This document shows positions 11,540 to 24,424 of a stretch of DNA of 43,021 nucleotides, piece after piece. Each line of letters begins with the position of its first letter. Within the stretch, counting starts at the first letter, position 1. This stretch comes from Asterionella formosa (Eukaryota), in NCBI GenBank assembly GCA_002256025.1, contig NKIB01014485.1:1-43021 (forward strand), written 5' to 3'. The notes under the pieces are model-generated. The model did no database searches. It was given only the letters and a program-made list of their open reading frames with translations, and was not told the DNA's origin. A program made the translations under genes and the position numbers.

Positions 11540-12120
11540 TCTGCAGACACAGATCAGTCTGGACTGGAAGGACTCAATGCTGCTTCAATGGAATGATGTA
11601 AACAAGCAACAATCAACATATCGAAGCATACCCATTGACCATACACAACATGTCCAAGTCATCATTTTCCAGTCTGCACATGTACTTTGGAGGTTGGAGC
11701 TGTCAGAACCACAACCTCTGTCCCGAAAATTTTCTTGCCTCTGGGTAGCTGGAAAACAATGTGCTCAGCATTTATAGTCAATCTTGACGACCTTCTAGGC
11801 GATACTCTCTCTCCTTCTTTGTAATAATGATTACATACCAATGCCTCTGTAAAAGCTTGCGAAAACCGAGCATGCTATCAATCTTCTCAATGCAGAAGTG
11901 TTAATATGCCAGCCAGCATGGCATTTACTTCCGTGACTGAAAGGAGGAATGGAAATATTCTATTTGGCCACCATTTTGTCGCCCATTCCACCTCCAAACT
12001 AAATGAGGAATGTCTCGTTGCATTATGATCATCAACAGCACGCCAAAACTTGTAGTGGTGGTAGAAAAACACTGTAAATGTCATCATCTTTTTCTGTTAT
12101 TCATGATCTGCGCACACTAT
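11540..12120 (-). mobile_element. Degenerate piggyBac-like transposase, C-terminal part (boundaries approximate)
   Basis: RAVDDHNATRHSSFSLEVEWATKWWPNRIFPFLLSVTEVNAMLA resembles the third-Asp region of stramenopile piggyBac-like transposases. Multiple stops and frameshifts. Confidence 0.7.
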
Positions 12121-13284
12121 CCCCTCCACCATCCTCATTCCACCATTTTTTCAATCCAAATGAGTGGTTACAGGTTTGCCCTCTACCTCTTGATCAATGA
12201 TAAACATAATTGAATCATTCCGGAGCTCCAAAGGAAAGATTAAATCAAATAAATGGAAGGCAGTCGACTTCCAATGAATTGGAAATGATGAAAAGATTGG
12301 ATGCTCTGCTTTTGATCCATTCAACTGGTGGCTTGCTCCTGTCGCGACTTCCTGACAAATCTCACTCATTGTCAAACAAATTGTTTGCAACTTCATTGTG
12401 GAAAAACCTTTTCAGATGCTGGGGCATTGTCAACACCAATATCAACAAATTTAACTGGGATGGCAATATCCTCAGTGTCAAGAACTGCGCCAATAGTACA
12501 CTTGACAAGTTTGAGAAGCTCTGAAGGCAGCATCACTTCACCTTCTGCTGCCTCCTCAAGTAAATAATCGCCTTCACTATAGTAAAAGGTGTCTGGAAAC
12601 CATCGGAAATGGTCTAGAAGTGATTTTCAAGGGCATACAGCTCAGTCGTATCAACATCATCTACAGTCCTGGGAGCAGTGACCATAATGGCCATTGCATC
12701 CTTACCTCTGATTTCCTTGAACTCCCTCTGCCGAAATGTCATTCTTTCAAGTCTATGGTCTTTTGCGATGTTCACATGATGATTTCGGACCCACAGCTAT
12801 TGGTGAATGTACTTGGAAAGGCATGAAACGACGGCACCTTTGCCCATTGTCAATTTTTGTGTTCGCGCCATCCTGCACAGATATTTTTGAGATTTTTGGC
12901 AGGCAGACTACTCATGTATTTATAATTTTTTAAACCCCGATAAAGGCTTATTTCTATGCATACCTCCAGAAACATTCAGTTCTGTAGATTTAGATTAACT
13001 TTTCAGAAATGAGATATCCGTTGAATTGAGCTAGGGCCAAGGGATTGAAAACCCAGACTGAATCTAGTCTATCAGACTGAAATCAGTCTAGCCGGAAAGA
13101 ATCCGTTTTATATTGTGATGGGAGCAATGTATGAGGTCTTCTGAGTACCTGGTTGGTACTAGTACCAGGTACAAGATTGTCATTACACACACATCAATCA
13201 TACTTATCATGCATAAAAAATACTACAAAGGACATATCTTCATCTATCAGATACTCTTCATCGGCTTTCCAGAGCGACGCGAAC

Positions 13285-14535
13285 ATGAAAACGCTTGTTC
13301 TTGCGTTAGCTGCCACTCTTCTTTCAATACCAGCTTTCAATGGTGTTCTGGTAAATGCCTTTGCGGTGAACCAACAGGTTTCCCATTGCCTCGCTACAAG
13401 GTCGAACCCTCGAATCTCCCACAGCAAACGCACAAAGGTCGAAATCTCGTCCCTTCCCATGGACTACGAACGGCAGCCATTGGTATACAAGCTCAAGCAA
13501 AGTATGTACAACGTGGGATCAAAAGTCAAACATCTTGACGAAGTTGCGAAGTGGCGAGTGGCTGCTGCGACATTCGTCTCCTCCATTTTTGCGTTCCGTT
13601 CCCTTTATGATAAGGGTCTCATTGATCTTTGGAACTTTCTGCAAAATGGTAGCTCTCCTTTTGCTGTCATGTTTCGTTGCGATCACTGGGAGTGGATGCT
13701 CGCCGTCGCTTGCTTTTTTGTTTACATTCATGGCTTTTATGCGATGGACAGGGCTGTAATTGGAGCTTCTAGAAACGGTCGTGTCCATCCTTGGAAGAAA
13801 TTTCGCCTTCAAGATCGATACGAAGCTCAAAAGTTTCGTCGAGAGCAGCTACGTCGACTAGACCGCGGCGAACATGTAGACACTAATCAGCAACCTCCAG
13901 TACTCACTGAACAGTCCCAGTGGAACTGGCAAGCTTGGATCTTTGAGCTTCCTCTATATGTCCTTCCACTCTACATCTGGGACATTATGATCCCTCGTCG
14001 AGCTGCCAAGCTTGCCATGTGGGGGGCGCCGACTGCGCTTCAAGTGTGCAGAGATGTCGGCCTTGGGCTCCTTCTCTACGATAGCTTGTTCTTCTGCGGA
14101 CACCTTCTGATGCACAAAATACCCCTTGTTTATAGACTTGTCCATAGGAAGCATCACATCAATCCGGAATGTCGAGCTGCAGAGATTGTTCGTTTATCGG
14201 CTTTTGAAGAAGTACTCGAGGTAGGAATGTCCATAGTCGCTTTGAACTTCCTCAAGGCACATCCAATCTCCAGATCTATCTACAATTGTATTATCACTTT
14301 CCTCTTGACGGAACTGCACTGTGGATTTGACCTCCCATGGACTCCCCAGAATGTTATTCCCTTTGGTCTGGCCACCGGTTCTCGCAGGCACCATTATCAT
14401 CATCGTAACGGAAAGCACTACTATCAGAAGTTCTTTTGTCATGTTGACAGAATCTTTGGTTTACATCAGAAGGACGACGGAAGCCTTCAAGGGGATTCCG
14501 TGAAACCATGGAAAGACATCCCTTCCTCGTGGTAG
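13285..14535 (+). CDS. Fatty acid hydroxylase/sterol desaturase superfamily protein with N-terminal signal peptide
   Basis: His boxes HLLMH, HRKHH, ELHCG and HHYHH; TM segments; N-terminus MKTLVLALAATLLSIPAFNGVLVNAF. Confidence 0.85.
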   Translation: MKTLVLALAATLLSIPAFNGVLVNAFAVNQQVSHCLATRSNPRISHSKRTKVEISSLPMDYERQPLVYKLKQSMYNVGSKVKHLDEVAKWRVAAATFVSSIFAFRSLYDKGLIDLWNFLQNGSSPFAVMFRCDHWEWMLAVACFFVYIHGFYAMDRAVIGASRNGRVHPWKKFRLQDRYEAQKFRREQLRRLDRGEHVDTNQQPPVLTEQSQWNWQAWIFELPLYVLPLYIWDIMIPRRAAKLAMWGAPTALQVCRDVGLGLLLYDSLFFCGHLLMHKIPLVYRLVHRKHHINPECRAAEIVRLSAFEEVLEVGMSIVALNFLKAHPISRSIYNCIITFLLTELHCGFDLPWTPQNVIPFGLATGSRRHHYHHRNGKHYYQKFFCHVDRIFGLHQKDDGSLQGDSVKPWKDIPSSW

Positions 14536-14804
14536 TCAGAAAGATGTTGTAGAAAGGCATTTAGTCCATATGGCAACATTTAATTAGCTTATAATTTATT
14601 CAGTCGATGCAAGTAATATTACCAGTTTAGGTAAGCGCAGCAATCCAACCAAATCGTTTGGAACATCATTGTAATCACTTGAAGGTACATAAAATTGGTA
14701 CTATAACCATGGATTTATTAGCATTCGTTGGGCGGATGGGCTTCACGTTTAAATATAATAGCGGTATGATATGGTGGCATTGGCAGAGAAATTTTAATTT
14801 ATAT

Positions 14805-15901
14805 TCACGACGACGCCGTTGCTGTCGCCTGACATTGATCGTCTACGTCTTCGGTACTGACAGATGACAGCGAGGCTTGTTCGGCAGCAGAGTCTGAAGC
14901 CGCATCTGAATCAGCCATTTCAAGTTGCCTTTGGCTGTCTCTCTTCTTCTTTAAGTATGCTCTTTGATAGAAATGAAGGAATAAAACAAACAAACTGATC
15001 ATCTCTGCAGTTTGAATGGCGTGAGCACCAACATGCCTCCAATTTGCGTCTCTTGGAAGCATATAGTAGCTGACAGCAGTATACGCCAGAACGGTCAGGA
15101 ATTGCATCAGCTGAGCTTGTGTGAGGTACTTCTTCCATGGACATCGAATCTTCAACAAACTTAGTGTGTAATACGAATACATCATAACGTGGATCCATGA
15201 ATTGAGTAGTGCCCCAAAGTAAGCATCGCCGCCGGGCCATAAGTTCATAGCTGCCCACCAAGCCCATGCAATCGTTGCATGGTGATATATATGAAGGAAT
15301 GACACCTGCAACCAATGAGTGATGTGAGTAACGTGGATGAAATAACATGACATCAACCCGACCACAATGAGGCGCAGTGCAGGTCGCTATCAACCAACCG
15401 TACCTGGTCCATTTTTCCACGAAGTACCATAAAGTAGGTGTCCAGGAATTCAAGATACTTGTCTGTGTAATGAATCCAAACGGCGTATGTCGCCCCCGAG
15501 GACACATTGTGCAAGTCCCCTATAAAAGGGTGGCCGCGAAACACGAGAGCCTGCAAAATTGTGTAGACCATCCAGCAGTTCAGTAGTACTTGTGCAGCGT
15601 TGTAAAGGATCATAGATTCTCTCAGCAAAAGTTTAACGTCCACATTCTGGGACAAGTACTGTTCGCTGAAGACTCTCAGCACAGGTAAACTGACTAGATA
15701 TCCCACAGTCAGGGTAAGCGGCACTTTGTAATCATGAATCCTGGTTGCATCAAAATTCTTCTCCCCTACAAAGCAATATTTTCCCCAAACTGCAAAGATT
15801 GCAATCAAGATTGACGCAGCAGTGTATCGGGCCGTCAATGATGGGGGCTCCAGCAACTGCTGCACTGGAGCGGGAGGGTCAGAGTCCACTTGGGGGTTCA
15901 T
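14805..15901 (-). CDS. ELO-family fatty acid elongase (resembles algal delta-5/PUFA elongases), 2 exons (15901-15404, 15305-14805)
   Basis: KYLEFLDTYFMVLRGK.DQ|VSFLHIYHH, NSWIHVMMYSYY and KKYLTQAQL.QF motifs; 98-bp GT-AG intron 15403-15306. Start uncertain. Confidence 0.92.
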
Positions 15902-18107
15902 TGGCACTTTTGCGATTCTCACTGGCAGTTATAAAGGATGGTGGTAGCAAATGCTATTTCTCTCTCCGTGAGAGGATGGCAGTGCTTGTGACAGAATCAG
16001 TTCAGTGGTTAGTTGTGCGGTTAAAGACCAAGGTTTGGCGCTGTTTGAACTTCCTTGCGTTGGCTTTTTGCTTTCATCCTTTTCTTAAAAAGCCTCGTCA
16101 TCGCAAACGCATTTATCTATATGCCTGGTACTGTAAATGGTACATGGTACCTGGTACCTGGTACAATCAGGTAGGAGTGCCTGCCTGGTACCAGGTACGC
16201 ACCATCAGCACCAGCTGAATACTGTGCAAAGAAGGGCGATCATCATTTCAGCAGGTAGATGAAGGTTGCCGTGGTCGTCGGACAGCCAGCAGTGCTGCAA
16301 GCCATGCAGCCAACAGCCAATCATGAGATTCAGTAAAGCGAGATTCCTTGCTACATAGAATTCGTCCACCAATCATACTACTGGTACCGTATGGTAATGT
16401 GGAGTATCGGCAGGTTCCATGGTACCTGGTGCCTGACCACATTGCTGTATGTGAGCAATTTAGCTTTGTTTCCGTGAGCGTAAGAACCGTCTTTTAATAT
16501 TGATTATGTATGCGAGATGCATTTTTTGTCCTGCCATGAGAATCTTCCTATATAGGGGAATGTAGAATCCTATGGCAAAGGAGCAGGCTCCTTTGTTATA
16601 GTTGCAAGCACACATGCCTGCTTCCTTGATTTCAACTATTGAGATGGTTCTAATGCAAGAACCTTAAGGTACATGTGCATAATTTAGGCAGGCTATTGAA
16701 TTTCATTGGCCAGCCTACTATTGACATTAATGCTCCTACCTGAAATGGCATGAATAATATCAGCAATAAGTAAGAATTGGGAAAAGGTAAATAAATTGAC
16801 AGGAAAGTATTTCTGGCATCAAAAATGAATTTTCTATGACACCAACACTGAATAATTTAATTTGAGTTTTGTTTATTCCTGGGTTGACATTGAGCTGGCC
16901 ATATATTTTAACCTTGCTTCCATCAGCCTCTCCTTTGATGTTACAAAGAAGCAATCAAAGCACTCCATTGATGTTAGTCTGCCAATAAATCATTTATTGT
17001 GTCTCTTGGGAATGAAAGTAAGAGCGAAAATTTGGGGTCAGGAGCCATTTTCCAGAAGGGACATGATATTAGCTATGAAGAAAGTCATGCTGAAACATTT
17101 GCTATTTAATATTGATGCAGAGTAATCAAACACACACTGTCCACCAGTAAAATATATATGTATATTGCTACTTGGAGCTTTTACCATTGGACACCCGCCC
17201 TTTCCATATGCTTAGACATTGGTCGAGGCATGGGCTAGTCATAAAAACTACAGTATATTGAGTATGATGTGCCAATCTCAAATAATATAAATAATTCATG
17301 GGGAATCATTGTTATTCAAGATTTGCTCTGCCCTAGTACAAATTCCCAATTCCCAGCAATTCAGTAACCACAGCACCCATTATAAGCAATATTTAATATT
17401 TGCTTAGGGTTTCCAATACAGCAGTAACCTTAATATGCTACAGGGTAGACTAATTGAAGTAACATTTGCCAACATCATCTCATATGAAGATATTTTTGAG
17501 CACTACAGCAAGGTTAATGAAAGTGAGATGCTCACACTCAGCACCATACAGTCCCAGAGCATGTTGCAACAACATATCATGACAACAGGGAGTTTGTAAT
17601 ATGTACTCCATCATGCCTATGAATTACCGTACTACCGGTACTGGTATTAGGAAATGTCGGAAAATTTTGAGTCGAAGGGGTCGACCGCTCATGCTTTTGT
17701 ATTTACTACTCCTATTACCTCTACATGTAGCTATGGTCGGCACCCAGGTACCTGGTACCGGTAGTGATAGCTCTAAAATATAAAATATGTACCGGTAACA
17801 TAGAGGTAGCTACCGGTAGAATATACAATATATTTTTTGTTGAGTTTTGCCTCGCTGTCCATAATTCGGCCATCTCAGTACCAGGTACAATGGTACCATT
17901 GCATACCAGGAAACACTCAGATGCTCTGTCTGAAACGAAACGAAAACTAATGCAATCGCTCATCAATCGAAGATCGTTTGATGCAGCAGTGGCATTGCTG
18001 CTCCATCAATATAGCCCAATTAAAGTCCTCACATACATATAATTACTCGGAGTATTTTTAGATGCCATCGAAGTGATTCACGCTCCCATCAAACACCTCC
18101 CGTTGCG

Positions 18108-19097
18108 ATGTCTTCTTCCCGGCAAGAGCATCAAGACACAGCTTTTGGAGAGCCTTCTCGAGTATCATCACTACGTATTCTATGTCTTCACGACGCCAAT
18201 TCAAATGCCGTCGAATTGCAAGATCGTATCAAGCACCTTGACGAACGACTCTGGGAAAAGCACGGCATTGAACTGGTATATGTCAATAGCCCCCTTGTAG
18301 TTGTTAGGGATACACAAGAAGACGCCAACAACTCAAGAGACAAGCAACCCATTCGAGTATGGTGGCAAAGGTCAGGCGATCAGGAGTATCTTGGCCTAGA
18401 TGCGTCATTGTTGCACCTACGACAAATTTATAAGTCGACGCCCTTCGTTGGGTTCATTGGTTTTGGGCAAGGAGCGACAATCGGAAGCATTTTGCCCCCG
18501 CTGCTGCATCCTGCTCTAGAATTTGGGGTTTTCGTCCATGGAGAAAGCATTTTGGAGGACGATGAAGCCATGATGGAGGGCTGGCCGTGTCTTCATGTTA
18601 CAGGAGCCGATATAGTGGGCGAGTCAGCGAAACTATTGCTTCGACAATATCCAGGTCAAGTACTACCTAGCTCCAACATGGAAAACGCTCTAAAGCTACC
18701 AGAACTCAATGCGATTGGAAAATTTATTGTTCAGCAGAAGAAGAGAATGGGACGCTCAGATAATACGTGCATAGTCCTCCAAACGCAGCTGCACTTACTC
18801 GAACAGGAAGCCTCCAGAGTGATTGCTGAACATATTGCAGAACATCCTCCAAAAGCCTTGATGGCCGTGATCCAGCCTCAATCAGTGGGTGGATGGAATC
18901 GAAAGCGCCGGGAATTTGGAGCAGAAGGAGGTGGTGCACCGTGCCCATCCGAATTTCTTCTCAAACGAGAGGAGAGAGCTTCTGTTCCTACTGGACATAG
19001 TCGTCAGCATCCCAGCTCACACGACGAGAGACTAGTAGACGACTATGGCAGTCATGATTCTGGCGAACAATCAGAAGAAGCTATTGAAATTTTGTAA
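18108..19097 (+). CDS. FSH1/OVCA2-type serine hydrolase homolog lacking the catalytic Ser, with a C-terminal extension
   Basis: LRILCLHD...ELVYVNSPL...RVWW...GLDASL..L......PFVGFIGFGQGA matches the FSH1 fold; GFSQG is replaced by GFGQG. Confidence 0.7.
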   Translation: MSSSRQEHQDTAFGEPSRVSSLRILCLHDANSNAVELQDRIKHLDERLWEKHGIELVYVNSPLVVVRDTQEDANNSRDKQPIRVWWQRSGDQEYLGLDASLLHLRQIYKSTPFVGFIGFGQGATIGSILPPLLHPALEFGVFVHGESILEDDEAMMEGWPCLHVTGADIVGESAKLLLRQYPGQVLPSSNMENALKLPELNAIGKFIVQQKKRMGRSDNTCIVLQTQLHLLEQEASRVIAEHIAEHPPKALMAVIQPQSVGGWNRKRREFGAEGGGAPCPSEFLLKREERASVPTGHSRQHPSSHDERLVDDYGSHDSGEQSEEAIEIL

Positions 19098-19099
19098 CC

Positions 19100-22000
19100 T
19101 CAAACTTGACTATAGATAGATTATACTCTGTAATACTTTTAGTCCCTGAAGGCGAATGTTGTTGCGTCAGAACAAGAATTCCATGTACCTCTGAAGCAGA
19201 GCAACCAAGTAGACTACATGTCCATTTAATGTGAAGGAGCTTTCTCTATCATGATTATTTCAGTGTCACCTGTATGTTGGGATCTCATTGGGGTATCAAT
19301 CACTTCGCAGTTGGTCGCACTAACAGAGCCTTCTCCATACCGGGATTTTCAGCTTCATTTGGATGTTTTGGTGCAGTAATTATGCAAACCGAATTTTCGC
19401 AACTGGTATTGCAAGCATACTTCACATGGAAACCAGTAAGTGTGGAAAAATTCGGCCTTTGAGCTTGTCCATGGGATGATTGTCATGGCATTTTGCTCCA
19501 ACTCTCTTGCCTATTTCTTTGTACTTGTAGATCCTGGCATGCAAATTGGGGCTATGTTCAAGAAACCATTTTAAAAATTGCGGTGTAGTTGAGTCCGCCA
19601 ACTGTGGCAAAAATTAATGGTTTTCAGAAGTAGGTGAGATTCATATGTCTTATCCCGATTTTTACAGCTGTTGTGATCTAACATTTTATCCTTGTATATC
19701 CTTGTGTCAAAATTATACCCCCAAATAGTCACTCAACCAGCACGTTGTATATTGACAATACACTCTGTAGCTCGCTCTTATTTCCAGGAATGCATTTCTT
19801 TCTACTTTTTTCTTGAGTTGATAATGGAGTTGCTCTCTGCTTGACAGGCATTCATTATCTCCTTCAACTGGGGGCATAAGTTCATGGATTGATGATCTCA
19901 ATAATTTAAGAAGGCAATTTTCTTGCTGGTGCTATCGCACTTCTTCACTTTTTGTGGTCGCTTCTTGGCAGATGGAATTGCTGGGAACTGATAAGTTCAG
20001 GGGACTGGTTGGTTGGCGGAATGTGGTCGCAAACCTGGTTTTGTTCAAATGGGGAAATGTTGGACAGGCTCTGCTAAGATCCAACATGCTTGTCATTGAA
20101 TTTGCCAGCAGCACACAACAATTATTACTAAGGAGTAATACAAGGGAGCTTAGAGAGGTAGAATAATAATAATTAGTGCATTGATGTCTCTGCTAGATTT
20201 CGTGCTCTGGATCTTGTTCATCAAACTGATTCATCTTAAATAATTTTTTTCCCTCCTTTAGAATGTTTATTTTGTTCCCTGACAAGGATCACTAGAGCAA
20301 TAGCATTTAGCTAGCTAGAATGTCTATAAATGGACTTGTAGCAGGAACACAGTCATCGTCGTTCTCCATTGTGAATGAAGGTGTGTTTCTAATGAAATAT
20401 ATATGAACACGCATTGATCATAAGTTAATTTAGCATCATTATTAAATTACATAGAAATTTTGCCTTGCTCCTTTGCGCATGCAGTGAAGACGGCATTTGG
20501 AGGCAGCAGGCGATTTCTAACTTTCTTTATATTGACTTCAACTGGTAACCCTTCTCTAGGAGCCTATTTGCCTGAGATGAAGAACACCAAACGGAGCGTT
20601 ACCAATGGGAGTTATCATCCTTATGAGAGTTTTTTGTCGCTATAAGCAATTTTCCCTTTCTGATTGAATGGAAAATATTCATTTTGCATACATTGGTAAC
20701 AACAAATGATTGTAAATCCATTTTGTATTGCCCTGGCATCTGAAGCAATCCTATCAGTAACAATCAGTGCTCCATTTGTGCCTTGCGAACATATTTAAAT
20801 TTATTATTGCGATAATGGCATATCCATTTGCTTAATGAACCAAGGCATTACTAGGCCTAGGTACGCTTTACAAATGAACACTGCCTGCAAATTGAAACAC
20901 AGAGATTCCTGATTCCAGATTAGGTTATGAGTATGTCAATTTTGGGAACACAACTGAATTTTGCCTCCAAAGTCATCTCTATTTTGAAACATGCATGAGC
21001 TTGGATGTTTCAAAACTATACTTTAAAACCACAGTGCATTAAGATCACTCTTTTATGCAAGCAATAAATAGCATAAAGCAAAGTAAAGCAAACCAATTGC
21101 ATAGAAACATTTTTTTCGCAATTTTTTCTGCGTGATTACAACTGGAATTGCAGTACCTGTCAAATTTGGTACTAAGAATAGACAATTGCATGATCAACAC
21201 ATCAGTATTGACAATTATATGAACTTGTTGTTAACTCTTGTTATGAACTGCCTGTATTTTTCTTCTCTCTCACGTCACCATTTTCATCTCAGGATAGCTT
21301 AGCTATGTTTAATCCTGATAAATTCAAGATAATATCAGTTGTTGAAAGCCAAAGAGACTAGATTGAGAAGGTTAAAGAGCTTCTGCAAGCCATCAAGATC
21401 TGCAAGCAACGAAATACAAACTATGAATATCTACAACAGCAAATCGATTCAGTGATGAAAGAATAATAATGAACTTCTGTGAGGAGAGAATGAGGTTTAC
21501 CAGGAAGAAGAGAAAACGAATAATTCTATGCAAGACAATGCTGCTGGCAAAGGTTGCTTAATTTAGATTAGAATAATTAAGATCCATTTTGATTGTTTAG
21601 GACTATTGAGAATAGTTGGCCAGCTTTGATGATGTCAGAATTGTTTAGCAGCAGATGATGGGATCAAGAAAAAGTCGAAGCGTCCCTGTTGCAAGTTCAA
21701 ATTGAGCAATGACAGACAGGATAGAGTGAGAATTATAATTGTAAGGAAGAAATCAGGCATTCATAAAATCAATGAATATGTGAAGCAAACTATGGTCTCA
21801 TAAAGATAATACCAAGTCTACAGTTTATAAATTATGACGACATGTTCAAAGTATGCATTAACATTTAGCTTAAGCCATGCATGGTTATTTTGAGTACCAC
21901 GTACGTATGCAGGCTAGTAGATGGCTAGAATACCAGTTAAGCATAACATATATGACCGGAGCGAGCAAAAACTTGCGGCTGATATCAGATATATTATCAT

Positions 22001-22300
22001 CGTTGCTTCATCCGAAGAAATATGGGCAATGCGACTACATGAATCCAATGAGAAGACAAGCAATCCAGCAACCAATAGCATCCGTTTGACGACAAATCAC
22101 TACTGGCTGGTGTCATCTATGAACTCATTTTGCTTCAGGATGGGCATGATGGGGAATGATGATCGGCATGGTGAAAGGTGATTTGCCAGAGCCACTATTC
22201 AGGCAATGATCAATAATGAGGTGAATACTAGATATATTTTAATGAAATCTGTATGGCTGGATGCAATTTTTGGGGTCACCGGGTAGACCTGCCTGTAGGC
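19100..22300. other. AT-rich, CpG-poor decayed repeat/TE-like sequence, unclassified
   Basis: Only short broken ORFs. Contains a ~110-bp segment (21645-21745) homologous to 34925-35025. Confidence 0.4.
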
Positions 22301-23534
22301 CTAGTTTTAGCATAAACCCTAAACCTATGGTATATAATATTTTGCGCCTGGATTGGCATATTATAATCACATCCACCATGTTGTTATTATTCTGTTGCTT
22401 TACTCAACAATAGAACATCCTCCCGTGCCGCTTCAAATAGCTTTCTTTCCTCCATAAGTAGCGCTTCTATTAAACACCGGAAGCGGCATGTGACGACACA
22501 ATTTGCTTTTATATGAACTATTTTTTGTTGGGCACGGAGATCCACGCCTACATGACCAATGGTTTCACACTCTTGAGCTTGATAGTGGGCAAGCTAGAGT
22601 TGAAACTGTACAGGAATATCTCAAATAAGATCATGTAGAAGTTGCAATGAAGATACAACAACGATTTCACACCCATCACTGCGCAATGGACTTCGATTTC
22701 ATGTTCGTCATGAATGAATGCAACAACAATAACAACGAGATCGCGGATGCATGTGTAAATAAACTTTATCCATATGTATATTATTTATATAGAACATTTT
22801 ACTTAAGCTAAAATTATGTTGTACTGGTAGCCAGAATTATTTTGTACTGGTTGCAACGATGGCTACCCAATGTAGTTTCATGATGCATCCAGCCATATAC
22901 CGGTAGTATATAAAATGGTTCCTTAAGAAGACCCCTTGCCGATTTCGGCAATCCCAGGGCAGAAAAACCGCGGGGCAATTGGCGTAAATTGTCTTGCCGA
23001 AATGCTAACATATGAAACATTCAATGCATAATTCAATGATTGGCAATATGGGACCTTTGGCAAAATTTGATGAGAAATGTATCATACATATGATAGGATA
23101 TAAACGAATTATATCATATCACGTTATAGTAAGCTAAAAATGACATTTATTCTTTATTTGTGGGCTGTAGGTAAGCTAATGGCGCAACGATAGCTAGTTT
23201 GTGAATTGCCTTAACAATAATACCCTTCTAGGTGGCTTCATGCCTTCTCGTATGCCGGTACATTTGTCCTCGCAGGCATCAGACCACCTCAGGCATATAT
23301 TGCCTTCGGCAACACATCCCTCATCATCAGACATCTACCGGACGCTTACGCTGATTTTCGTAGAAATGTTCGGACAGTAGGCCGGTTTTTCAGCCGAAGT
23401 CTGAACTTCCGTTCATTCCCAGTTTATAATTTAACACGCTATATCTATTACTTCTATGTTGAACTTAAAGTGAAGTTTGATCATTTGAGGGGAATACCGG
23501 ACGAACGGCTGTAGCTGTTTTCTCGTGGTATTAT

Positions 23535-24060
23535 TAGCAGCACTTCCAAGAGTACCATTATCAAGGAATATGGAGTCACGATCCTTAGTAAAAGCTTCAT
23601 TACGAAGTGACAACCAGATTCCAAGTGCAGTTGCAGGGCAAATGTGTGGCTTAAAGGGATTGGAATATAAATTCTTAGGGCTAACATGATCGCCAGCACT
23701 GTCAGTCTTTGAGTCACCACATGTTATCTTGAATGAATCAATACCAATTGTAAAATTGTGAATTCCCAATGGATCTATGGATGCACTTTGACCCATGCAG
23801 CTCCATTGGCACACTGTAAATGTCCATGCAAATATATTGCCAGCAGCCACTGCCCACTCACAAATGTAACTGTACAGTGGAAGAGGTATTTGATCTGCAT
23901 CATGCTCATCAACATTGCCTTGTCGCTTTGCTTTAACTGACTCTTTTTTGAATGATTCTAAAAACTTTTGTATTTCTTGATGGTAGATTTGAGGTAGAAC
24001 TTCTGATGCCTGCTCTGCACCAAATAAAATGGAATTTCACCACATGTCTGGCATATATTT
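23535..24060 (-). mobile_element. Crypton-like (CryptonS-type tyrosine recombinase) fragment
   Basis: FLESFKKE..KAKRQGNVDEHDADQIPLPLY..ICEWAV..GNIFAWTFTVCQWSCMGQSASIDPL...DSKTDSAGDHVSPKNLYSNPF.PHICPATALGIW resembles the W.LM.RS and YANP..P.ICP..ALG motifs of stramenopile Crypton recombinases. Truncated. Confidence 0.65.
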
Positions 24061-24272
24061 AAAACCTAAAAGTATACAAAAAGTGTAGACTAACCACCAG
24101 ATAACTGCCGTGTAATGCATACTATTTGCGGGTATGTATGAGGAGGAGAGATGGACAAAATTTCCGCCATCTTTCATCTATCATGCATGAGGAATGAGTT
24201 GCATCGTAGATTTCTACGATAAGTGGTAGAGAAACTATTTTGGCAGAAGGGCTGAAGAATTACTTTTCAATC

Positions 24273-24332
24273 ACGACGACGACGACGATGACGACGACGA
24301 CGATGACAACGACGACGACGACGACGACGACG
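24273..24332. repeat. (GAC)n trinucleotide microsatellite with GAT/AAC variants
   Basis: About 20 units of gacgacgac..., just upstream of the LRR locus. Confidence 0.95.
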
Positions 24333-24424
24333 AGAAAGGAGTTTTAACACGAACAAGAACCAAACAAAGAAGTCGCTCGAATAAACATTAGACAACTCTC
24401 ATTACATTCAAGACGACATTGACA

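Noticed and set aside
12150..12930. Possible additional transposase fragment (also 16500-17300)
   Set aside because: Too degenerate; no catalytic motif could be recognised with confidence.
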